The notes under the pieces are model-generated. The model had not been told where the DNA came from and did no database searches. It saw nothing but the letters and a program-made list of their open reading frames with translations. The position numbers and the translations under genes were made by a program. DNA of 62,884 nt, the filler included, from Octopus bimaculoides (lineage: Eukaryota), in the NCBI RefSeq assembly GCF_001194135.2. It is 6 parts of 6 records of this genome, joined end to end, with 100 filler letters (N's around TTAATTAATTAA, not from the genome) between each part and the next. Parts side by side here need not be neighbours in the genome. Positions count along the whole stretch, not along the records: positions 30,842 to 53,900 come from NC_068985.1; 5 more parts are not named here. One strand, 5' to 3'. This document shows positions 39,501-50,225 of the stretch, one piece after another; positions within the stretch are counted from its first letter, which is position 1; each line of letters begins with the position of its first letter.

Positions 39501-40568
39501 AAACACATAGACACACACACAAATATCCAATTGTAAATGCATGTGCAGATAGGGATACATACCACAGAAAGACAAGATGGAATAGACAGGACAAGACCAG
39601 AGAGGAGACACAAGGGACAGAAAGTTGCTGAAGAGGTCATGAAATGCCGCTAAGCAATTTGCTTAGTAGCATTTAGCCCATCTTTACATTCTGATAGTAA
39701 TAATAATAATAACTAGCTGAACCTGTGAAAAATTCATGGAAAACATAAAAAATGTAAGCATCTGTAAACAGTGTACTGGTGTCATGAGAAATGTTTGTAT
39801 ATTATGACTGTCTGTCTTTATGTTCTGAGTTCAAATTCTGCAGAGGTCAAGTTTACCTTTCATCCTTTTGAGGTCAATAAATTAAGTACCAGTCGTATAC
39901 TGGGGTCGATCTAATCAACTGGTCCCCTCCCCACAAAAATTTCAGTTCTAGAAAAGTAGATTGTGACAGTTACAGAATATAGAAAGTAACGTAACACCAA
40001 CGACTATATAATCCAACCAAAATATGTTACACAAACGTAAATGGAATTACTATTTAACCTTAAAATACATCGAACATATTCAAAGAACCTTCTTGGTTTA
40101 GTGGTATGGAACGTTTTTCTGGTATTCTTTTATTCTTTTACTTGTTTTAGTCATTTGACGGTGGCCATGCTGGAGCACCACCTTTTAGTCAAGGAAATTG
40201 ACCCCTGGACTTATTCCCTGTAAGCCTGGTGCTTATTCTATCAGTCTCTTCTGCTGAACAGCTAAATTACAGGGATGCAAATATACCAACATTGGTTGTC
40301 AAGCAATGGTAGTGGTGGGACAAACACAGACACAGACAGACAGACACACACACACACATACATACATACATACATACATAAATATATATACATATGATGG
40401 GCTTGGAGGTAGTGGTGATGCTGGCTGGTGTGATTTTGTGGTTTGCTGGTATGCCGAGAAAGATCCAGCAAGCCCCAAACTAGTTCTCCGCTCTTGAAGG
40501 TATAATGTGGATGTGTAATGATGGAACGGCTGGTGTGGTGGTGATGCTAGCTGGTGCAGTGGTCTTCC

Positions 40569-41190
40569 TCACAGTACTTTATGGTAGACAATATTTTGTG
40601 TGTATGTCACACCATGTTTTTGGCCTTGTCTGTTATCCCAATTGAGTATCATAACTCTTACTTTGATATTGTTCATAGCTCGTGCTTTTGAAAATGTGAC
40701 ATATAAGTGGCCGTGAGAAAATACCGGTTGAAGCAAATGTATTCGTCCTTTTTCGAATGTTTGCCCTTGAGCCTTATTAATTGTCATTGAAAATGCAAGT
40801 CAAAGTGGAAACCGAAGTCTGTTTAGTATGAATGGAATGTTTGCATCACTTGGGCTCAGTTTAATTCTGGGAATTAAAACTGTACAACATCTGTTGGAGC
40901 TTGTCACCAATGATGCCTCCACACAATGTTCATGAAGTCTTTGCACTTTCATGTGAATTCCATTACATAATCCTTGACTGATCAAAAGATTTCTTAGCAG
41001 CATTACAATAGCCCCTACTTTTAAGTCAAAGTGATGAGGAGGCATACCGGATGAAGTGAGTGATTTTATGAATTCAAATAGATAGTTTTGAACTGCCTCT
41101 TCATTATTGCAGGACACTGAATCTGTACCTAAGTACGTTTTAAGTGCCTCTGGTATAATATTAAGAACTTTTTCATTTATTGCAAGACAG
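40569..41190 (-). mobile_element. Helitron Pif1-like helicase C-terminus, pseudogene
   Basis: GMPPH...LKVGAIVMLLRNL...GLCNG, VLIPRI, FPL*LAFSMTINKAQGQT, VFSHGHLYVTFSKA. One in-frame TGA at 40800-40802 sits where Arg (CGA) is usual. Confidence 0.9.
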
Positions 41191-41194
41191 TCAG

Positions 41195-41930
41195 AATTTT
41201 TAGGAGATAAAATTACTCATTTTTCCATTTCTTATGGCATGCAGCTGTTGAAAATTTCTGGGTACAAATACAAAAGCCACCATGATAGACTAGGACAGTA
41301 TTGGAAAATATGTAAACACTACAAAATTGGCACTCTTGCTTACTTGTACGAGCATCATCCTGAGCCAGTTGTTGAAGGTAAAAATGTCACTATCCTCTGG
41401 GATTTTCCAGTATCCACAGACAAAACAATCTAGGCTAATCGACCAGACATAATTATTAAAGACTGGGAAGAAAATACTTGAAGACTAATAGATGTAAGTG
41501 TTCTCACTGATAAAAATATATCTGTAAAGGAATTTGACAAATTAAGTAAAGGACCTGGAAATTGAAATACAAAAGATGAGGCATCTTAAAGCATGAACTG
41601 CTCGTGTTATTGTAGGTGCCCTAGGTATGATTTAAAAAAATGGATGTCAGAAACATCTAGATAACATCCCTGGAGAACCATGTCTCAGAGAAATCCAAAA
41701 CATTGTACTGACAAGTACTACCCACATCCTTAGAAAAACCCTATCAGTTTAAACGTCTGTGTTGTATTACATGAAGATATTTTGCTACTGCCCCTGTCAC
41801 TTCCCCTTCCTAAGCTTTTAGTAATATTGTAACATCTCTTATCCTTCACTCACCCTAGGATGCTGGGTGTGTTTCAGTAAGTGATTGTAACAAACATGCA
41901 GATTAAAAGTAAATAGCAATAATAATAATA
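41195..41930 (+). mobile_element. Older, divergent R4/Dong-clade fragment ending in (TAA)n
   Basis: HHDRLGQYWKICKHY, HHPEPVVEG..TILWDF..TDKTI*ANRPDII, IVGALG, HILRKTLSV; tail AATAATAATAATAA near 41920-41930. Confidence 0.82.
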
Positions 41931-42489
41931 AAGCTAAAGCAGAGATCAAGTAAATAGTGTGTGTGCTCATTGGCAAAAGATGACCATCCCCAAATATAAC
42001 AATCTTATAATTGCCCTGGTGTCAACTATAAAGTATTTTCCCTTGCACATTGCAGACTGGTTGGGTTGATGAGGGAGAAGGATTGGAAAATTGTTCAGCA
42101 TGGTGCCAAAAAGTGGGACACAACAGAATCATACAAAAAAGAGAAAGAGAGAGATTGCTATGTCAAGTGTATATGGGTGGAGGTGGTTTATGCAACTTGT
42201 TTATTCAGAGGAGCAGAGACTATTGCAGTAATGGGAGAACAGGTAGAGAGAGGAGACATAGTGTGTGTGTGTGTGTGTGTGTGCATGCATGTGGTCTACA
42301 GATTGTGTGTTGGTGAGTGAGACTTTATCAATCAGCATGTGATATATATTGAGTAGCAGTAGGTTAGACAGTGAGAAGAGACAATATTTCTGTGGGTCAT
42401 AAGTTGTAGTGTGCTACAAAGCCCTTGACCTAGCGAAGTTCTTAAACACAGTCATATAGACCCAATATATATATATATATATATATATT

Positions 42490-42895
42490 CTTTTATTCTT
42501 TTATTTGTTTCAGTCATTTGATTGTGGCCATGCTTGAGCACTGCCTTTAGTCGAACAAATCGACCCCAGAACTTATTCTTTGTAAGCCTAGTACTTCTAT
42601 CAGTCTCTTTACCGAACCGCTAAGTTACGGGGACATAAACACACCAGCATCAGTTGTCAAGTGATGGTGGTGGGGGGATACAGACACACAAACATACACA
42701 TGCACATATACACATACACATACATATACGTACGATGGGCTTCTTCCAGTTTCCATCTACCAAATCCACTCACAAGGCTTTGGTTGACCTGAGGCTAAAG
42801 TAGAAAACACTTGCCCAAGATGCCACACAGTGGGAGTGAAACTGGAACCATGTGGTTGGGAAGCAAACTTCTTACCACACAGCTACGTCTGCACC
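42490..42895 (-). mobile_element. Full-length SINE: tRNA head, internal (TG/TA)n tract, 3' body
   Basis: Head with TGGCTGTGTGG-like A box and GGTTC-like B box followed by CTTGGGCAAGTG; second full copy at 45850-46235. Confidence 0.8.
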
Positions 42896-43428
42896 TAAAT
42901 ATGAATATAAAACTTAAAGGTTGCCTGCATATTGAAATGTTCCAGATTGAATTCCAATAGTTTATCAATAATGTTACTTGAAGTAACAGAGAGGAAGGGG
43001 TTAGAGGTGAGAATATAAAACGTAAAAGTAACATTACAAGGGCTAATTTCTACTTCAAGTGTATTTTTGTCAGTGACAGATTCTAAGACATAACATCAAT
43101 ATACCTGGTGAAGGCACATATAGCATTACTGAAATCTCATTCTCAATAAACAGAACATCCTTCCTATGGAACCTTACCATTTATATTTAGTCAAAAGAAT
43201 TCAATACTCTGCAGGTTGTCTAATCCATTCAGATCTTTTTCTTTATTCAGTCTTAAAGTTTTCTTTGCTGCTTTCTGAATTGATTCAGCTGTATGAAGTG
43301 AATTCAGATCATTCCCATTAAGGGACATAAAGAAAAGGTGGTAGTGGTGGGTGGTAGTGGTGGGTGGGTGTAAGGGTGGTGGTTTCATATAGGACAATTT
43401 GGATTTTGGTATTTAAATGTAGGATGAA

Positions 43429-43473
<45 letters not shown>

Positions 43474-43909
43474 TGTCTGTCTGTCTGTCTCTTTGCCTAT
43501 GAATAAGAAAGAGAAAGACAAAGAGTCTCTCTCTCTCTGTCTGTTTGTCTCTCTCTATATATATATATACACACACACATATATGTATGTTTGTGTATCT
43601 GTGCTTGTCCCCCCACCATCGCATGACAACTGATGTTGGTGTGCTTATGTCCCTGTAATGTAGCGGTTCGGCAAAAGAGACCGATAGAATAAGTACCAGG
43701 CTTACAAAGAACTAGTCATGGGTTGATTTGTTCAACTAAAGGTGGTGCTCCAGCATGGCCACAGTCAGATGACTGAAACCAATAAAAGAATATATATATN
43801 NNNNNNNNNTATATATAAAAACTAAAGTACACTTCCCAACTATATGGTTTTGAGTTCAGTCTTACTGTGTGGACTTTGGGCAAGTGTCTTCTACTGCAGA
43901 ACCTACTGC

Positions 43910-44480
43910 TTTCCCTGTCTTCATCTCCTTTATAACTTCACTAACCTACTGAAACTAGCCTCATTATCTGATATCTAAGTTGGTTAGCCATGAGGTTAAC
44001 CCTCAATATCTCATTTCTACAACTCATTCAACAACTTCTCATAATCATACTTCTCTATTTTCACACTCACTGAAGATGTTTCAGCATTATTTAAGATAAT
44101 ATCCTTTTATTTACACTGACAGTGTATCAATGTCCTTTTGGACAATGATTCTGTATTGTCACAGAAGCTGGATATAATCTTTCCTAATAACACCATAATT
44201 TGCACAACAGAATTTACACAACAGTGACAGTTCCAAACACCTCAAATTGCAGAGCTTCATTAAAAAAACCTCCTACTCAGATCTTCTTGCTATATTAGAA
44301 CACCTGATGCTTTATTTCAGGACTAGCTTCTGGATATAATAACTTACTATACTTTCTTTCCTTCCTACAAAGCATTTGCATACCACTTAAAACCCTACAC
44401 ACAGTACAATAGCTAATCCATTACCATGTCATTTCCAGCCTGTTTTTGGACTCTGTTTTATTCACAAGTGATACAATAGT
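43910..44480 (+). mobile_element. Highly decayed LINE RT remnant (I/CR1/Jockey group)
   Basis: Only weak, broken peptide resemblance. Confidence 0.3.
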
Positions 44481-44707
44481 TTGTCTCTTAGGTATTTCCA
44501 GCAGTCTTACACAAACACACACACAGACACATGTACACACACGCACATTTACAAAGGCATACTCATACACACAAATGTATATATTGGTCTACCAAAGTAC
44601 GATGCAGTGAGCAGGGATCCAGAATCACCTAGCTGCTAAGCAAGCTTCTTAATCATACACCAAAACCTTCATCCCTCCATCCCTTGATTTAATACTCTTG
44701 AGCAGCT

Positions 44708-44907
44708 GTCTGCAATAATGTAACAGCTACTAAGGTGATATCTGCATTAGTCTACCAGTTACTCAGGTGATGTCTGCATTAATGTACCAGTTGTTAAGGT
44801 GATGCCTGTGTTAGTCTACCAGTTGCTAAGGTGATGTCTACATTAGTATACCAGATGTTAAGGTGATGTCTTCATTTGTCTACCAGTTGCTAAGGTGAAG
44901 TCTACAG
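44708..44907. repeat. 32-bp minisatellite, about 6 units
   Basis: Consensus TAAGGTGATGTCTGCATTAGTCTACCAGTTGC. Confidence 0.92.
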
Positions 44908-45053
44908 TTATTTTACCACATCAATTTTAAACCTAGAGTAATTTTCAGGATTACAGGGAAAAATCAGGGAATTTCAATGGGAAAATTGTTTCTCATGTTG
45001 AAAAAAATATTTTTCCTTATTTATGCTGTTTTGTTTGGATTTATTTTCCTTAA

Positions 45054-45270
45054 CCCTTTAGCATTCAAATTCTGAAAAATTTAAAGCTTATTTATTTACC
45101 TTGTTTTGAATTAATCATACGTTATCTCATAGCTTTCAGATTTCAATGATATAAATGTTTGTTTTCAGAATGACATTACAGGATAGGTGTGATAGGCTGG
45201 ATATGGTCAGTTTGAACATAAAATAGGTTGAATATTTGGACCAGATATGGCCAGTTTAAATACTAAAGGG
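45054..45270. mobile_element. 217-bp piggyBac-like MITE with TTAA TSDs
   Basis: TTAA-CCCTTTAGCATT ... AATACTAAAGGG-TTAA. Confidence 0.85.
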
Positions 45271-46023
45271 TTAATATTTATTTTCAAGAATGTTACTTAG
45301 TGCTAAATTGATGTAAGTCCATTAATGTTATGTAATAAATTGTATTGAGAGAATGTCTAGGGCTCTGAGATCCCTTTATTCAGCCAGCAAAAGAAAGCAA
45401 GCCAAATGATGCATGAACATCAGTCTATGGAAGCAGCAGCTCCCAACAGGAGATGACTTGGACAGTGACGATCCACCTAACCCATGCCAACATGAAAAGC
45501 AATCATAAAAATGAGGATGATGATAATGATGAGTATTAATGTTGTGTAAGAATTTGTGGTATGCACAGCACTAAACCTTGAACAGAATTTCTCATACAGC
45601 TGCTATAACTAGGTTTGCTTATCCTGTATTGATCTGGTCAGACACCAATGAACCTGCAGTTAATGTAGATGGATCTCTTCATGTATCTCTGTTGTGAAGC
45701 CAAGCCATGCTGACACAAGACAAATTTGCCTTCTTATCATGTGTGTGTGCATGTGAGGGAATCAGATGATGGACTGGTAAAGGTGAGAAATAGAGGTCAC
45801 ATGGTTAAGGAAAACTGCTTCACCAGATGTTGAGGTTGCAGTTTTAACTATCTTTATCGTTTACTTGTTTCAGTCATTAGACTGTGGCCATGCTGGGGTA
45901 CCATTTTGAGGAATTTTTGGTTGAATAAATCGACCCCAGTATTTATGTTTCTATTGGTTACTTTTGCTGAACTGCTAAGTTATGGGCATGTAAACACACC
46001 AACGCCAGTTGTCAAGCAGTGGT

Positions 46024-46076
<53 letters not shown>

Positions 46077-46279
46077 CAAGCTTTCAGTTTCTGCCTACCT
46101 ACCAAATCCACTCACAAAGCTTTGGTTGGCCCAAGGCTGTAGAAGATATTTGTCCAAAGTGTCATGCAGTGGGACTGAACCTGCAACCATGTGGCTGGGA
46201 AGCAAACTTCTTACCACACAGCCATGCCTGCACCTATAGAAATTTTTATAAATATTCATTTTACTTTTGCTTTCTACAC

Positions 46280-46990
46280 TTTAGGTGCAGATGTGGTTGT
46301 ATGGGGAGAAGTTTGTTTCCTGACCACATATTTAGTCTGAATATGTGGCACCTTGGCAAATGTCTTTTACTATAAATCCAGACCAACCAAAGGCTTCTGA
46401 GTGGATTTGGTAGATGGAAACTGAAAGAAGCCTGTTATGTGTGTGTGTGTGTATGTGTGTGTGTGTGTGTGTGTATGTGTGTGTACTAGTGACCAAGACC
46501 TTTGGCGATATGCGGTGCTTGAGAAGACCTGTCAAGCCAAGTGAAATCATAGTCATGGCTGATGCTGGTGTCACATAACTGGCACCCGTGCCAGTGGCAC
46601 ATAAAAAGCACCTTTCCAGTGTTGGGCCTCATGGAAGCAAAGTGGCTGATGCTGGTGGCACGTGAAAAGCTCTTTTCGAGTGTTGGGCCTCATGGAGGCA
46701 ATGACCGAGACCTTTGGCATTATGTCGTGCTTGAGAAGAAGACCCATCAAGCAAAGTAAAATTACAGTCGTGACAGATACTGGTGTCACGCAAATGGAAC
46801 CTGTACCAGTGGAACATAAAAGCACCCATTACTTTCTCAGAGTGGTTGGCGTTAGGAAGGGCATCCAGACATAGAAACCATGTCAAATCAGACTGAAGTC
46901 TGGTGCAGCCTTCCAGCTTGCCAGCCCTGGTCAAACCATCCAACTCATGCTATATTGGACAATGGACATTAAATGATAATGGTGATGATG
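46280..46990 (+). mobile_element. Long SINE: tRNA head, (TG)n, body and (GAT)n tail
   Basis: Same head as 42490-42895 but a different 3' body (GGAAGGGCATCCAG...GGACATTAAATGATAATG). Related bodies at 36.3-36.85, 47.06-47.3, 50.46-50.75, 51.1-51.8 and 53.64-53.85 kb. Confidence 0.7.
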
Positions 46991-48117
46991 ATGATAGTGA
47001 TATTTATATATGTATGCGTGTATGTATATGTGTGTGTGTGTGTGTGTGTGTTTGAGTCAGTGTTTTCTTGCTTTGACATTGCTTGGTAGTTGTAAGTGAG
47101 CATCCCTGTCATGCAAGCAGTGTCCTTTCTTTCCAATCTTTGTGGAAAACATGAATTGGAAACAGGTGAGGGTTGGTGACAGGAAGGGCATCCATCCATA
47201 GAAAATATGCCTCAACAAATCCCATCCAGTTCCAGTAGGCATGGAAAAGTAGATGTTAAAATGACAATGACGACACTGATGGTTGTGGTGATGGTGGTAG
47301 TGGGATGATGATGATGATAATGATGACGCTACTACCAACAACGACTTCATTTTCTTCTCTCCGACTCCAATTTTCCTCTCCACATCCCTCAGTTTCTCCA
47401 TCTCTCTCACCAGAAACACGTTGTTCAGCTAATTTCTTCTGTTGCCAATGGTCTCCAGCAAGTTTCCTGATTATGTTGTCATAACAACACTGTTTGGTTG
47501 AAAGGTCAATTAAGAAGACTTGCACTAACATCTATTTACCACAAGGCCGTTGTTTCTATAAATTATAATGTCTTTAGCTGTCATAACTATGACGACGATG
47601 ACGACGAAGAAACGAAACAACAATTATATTTCTACCAAGAACACTGAAACAACTGCAACGACAGAATATTATCATATAGAATGTTAAAGCAACTATAATA
47701 TATTGCCGTATAGAACACTACAATAGCAACAGCATCAATAAGAGCATCTGCAACAACAACGACAACAACTATAACACGATAACATGACATACACAACTGT
47801 GTATGTTTGTTTTTTTTTGCATGTGTCTACAAATTTGAGGAAGACCCATGGTATGTGGTGAAACACTGTTTGTACAGACCTGGCCAACCCATGACATAGG
47901 ATAGGTGAATTTGATGATGATGATGATGATGATGGTGGTAGTGGTGGCAATGATGGTTGTGGTGGTAATAATGATGATGATGATGGTGGAGGTGGCGATG
48001 GTAGTGGTGGTGGTAGTGATGGTGGTGATGATGAGGAGGAGGATTATACTGGCGGCTTTAAATAACTGAACCCCAACCTTTTCAAAAATCAGCCTTGAGA
48101 TAGCATCTTCATCACTA

Positions 48118-48182
48118 TCATGGAGTCAGTGAGTGGGAGATGGGCATTTGACTGTATAAAGGCTTCCTCATTGACTCCATGA
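48118..48182. other. 65-nt imperfect hairpin of pre-miRNA size
   Basis: TCATGGAGTCAGTGAG pairs with CTCATTGACTCCATGA (15 Watson-Crick pairs plus one G-U), extended by GGAG/CTTC. Confidence 0.35.
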
Positions 48183-49899
48183 CGGTCTGTTTACCATATT
48201 ATTTATTTTGAGCCTACAATAGAATTCTCTACGTGCTAAAAATAGCAACCAGATTTTCTTTAGATCACATTATCATCTTAAAATGGTAAAAAAACACTTT
48301 GGATATAATGTTATCCAAGTTACGTATATGAAGACACAGGATGGTCATAGTTGAAGTCTCTCCGATCATAGGTCTGCTGAATCAGTGCAGACCTAGGGCT
48401 AAACAACTACAACAGATGACCAACACCACTGCCGCTGCCACGACCACCAATACTAATCATGATCATCATCAACAGCAGCAGCAGCAACAATAACAACTTA
48501 TACTGTCATTGTAAAATATTTTCAGATATGGTTCTCTTCTTGCACTGCTTCACTCCTCTGTGCCATCCTATTCTGTGCCTCCTGCTCTGGCAACTCTTCC
48601 ACATCCCCATTCTGTCACTCATTCTCTCCCTCCCTCTCTCTCTTCTCTGTCTGTCTGTCTCTCTCTCTTTTCCTCTCTCTCTCTCTTTCTCTCTCTCTCT
48701 GCCACCCTGCTACCTCACCACTCCATCACTTCGCCACATCCTTCACTGCAAAAAATGGATAGCATCTGTCATTTTTAATTGAAATGCTAATCTCTGCCAA
48801 TATTTTCATTCAACAATTATCATCTTACTAAAAATACATCGTTATTGATTTTGATAAAATAAATAAATAAATAAATAAATAAACAAAAAAAAATAAACAA
48901 AAAAATCTGTTGTTCAGACATTTTATGAAANNNNNNNNNNNNNNNNNNNNNNNNNNNNNNNNNNNNNNNNNNNNNNNNNNNNNNNNNNNNNNNNNNNNNN
49001 NNNNNNNNNNNNNNNNNNNNNNNNNNNNNNNNNNNNNNNNNNNNNNNNNNNNNNNNNNNNNNNNNNNNNNNNNNNNNNNNNNNNNNNNNNNNNNNNNNNN
49101 NNNNNNNNNNNNNNNNNNNNNNNNNNNNNNNNNNNNNNNNNNNNNNNNNNNNNNNNNNNNNNNNNNNNNNNNNNNNNNNNNNNNNNNNNNNNNNNNNNNN
49201 NNNNNNNNNNNNNNNNNNNNNNNNNNNNNNNNNNNNNNNNNNNNNNNNNNNNNNNNNNNNNNNNNNNNNNNNNNNNNNNNNNNNNNNNNNNNNNNNNNNN
49301 NNNNNNNNNNNNNNNNNNNNNNNNNNNNNNNNNNNNNNNNNNNNNNNNNNNNNNNNNNNNNNNNNNNNTTTCTTCCAATTAATTTTAAATATAACAAAGA
49401 ATTTAGTAAAATAACTTAGTTATCATTAAGCTAATGTTAGGAACATAAATTGTGACTAAGGTTTGGTGGAAGATTTAAATTCAGAACTTTAGAAAATAAG
49501 ACATTTGTACTACAGAGCCAGAGGTGGTTTCAGCCAGAGGTGGTTTCAGCCAGGTTGGTATCAAAAGGGTTAAGGTGATGAGCTGGTAGAATTGTTAGCA
49601 TGCCAGACAAAATACTTAGCATTATTTCTTCCAGCTTTGAAATGTGAGTTCAAATTCTGCAGAGGTCAACTTTGCCTTTCATCCTTTCAGGGTCGATAAA
49701 ATAAGTACCAGTTGAACACTGGAGTCGATGTAATAAAAAAAAACCCTCTCCCTGAAAAAAATTTTTGGTCTTGAGTCAAAATTTGAAATGATTATATTAT
49801 CAATATTAATTATGCTCATTATATTTTATATTTTCTTTGTAGATTTTAAAAATATTAAAGTTATCAATAATGTAGGTGTTTTGTTGGTGTTTGTTAACC

Positions 49900-50225
49900 C
49901 AAGGTTGACCCTGATTGAACAAGCATTCTGTCGGTTGTGATGATGAGGGTTCCAGTTGATCTGATCAAAGGAACAGCCTGCTTGTGAAAATTAATGTTCA
50001 AGTAGCTGAGCACTCCACAGACATGTATACTCTTAACATAGTTCTCAGGGAGATTCAGCATCACACAGAATGTGATAAGGCTGGTACAACTCATTTTTGC
50101 CAGCTAAATAGACTGAGGCTACATGAAATAAAGTGTCTTGCTCAAGGACACAATGTGTCACTGGGAGTAGGACTTAAAATCTTATAATCATGTGCTGAAT
50201 ACTCATAACCACTAAGTCACATGCC
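49900..50225 (-). mobile_element. tRNA-derived SINE, CpG-decayed copy
   Basis: Same family as 13490-13785 and 59040-59230. Confidence 0.7.
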
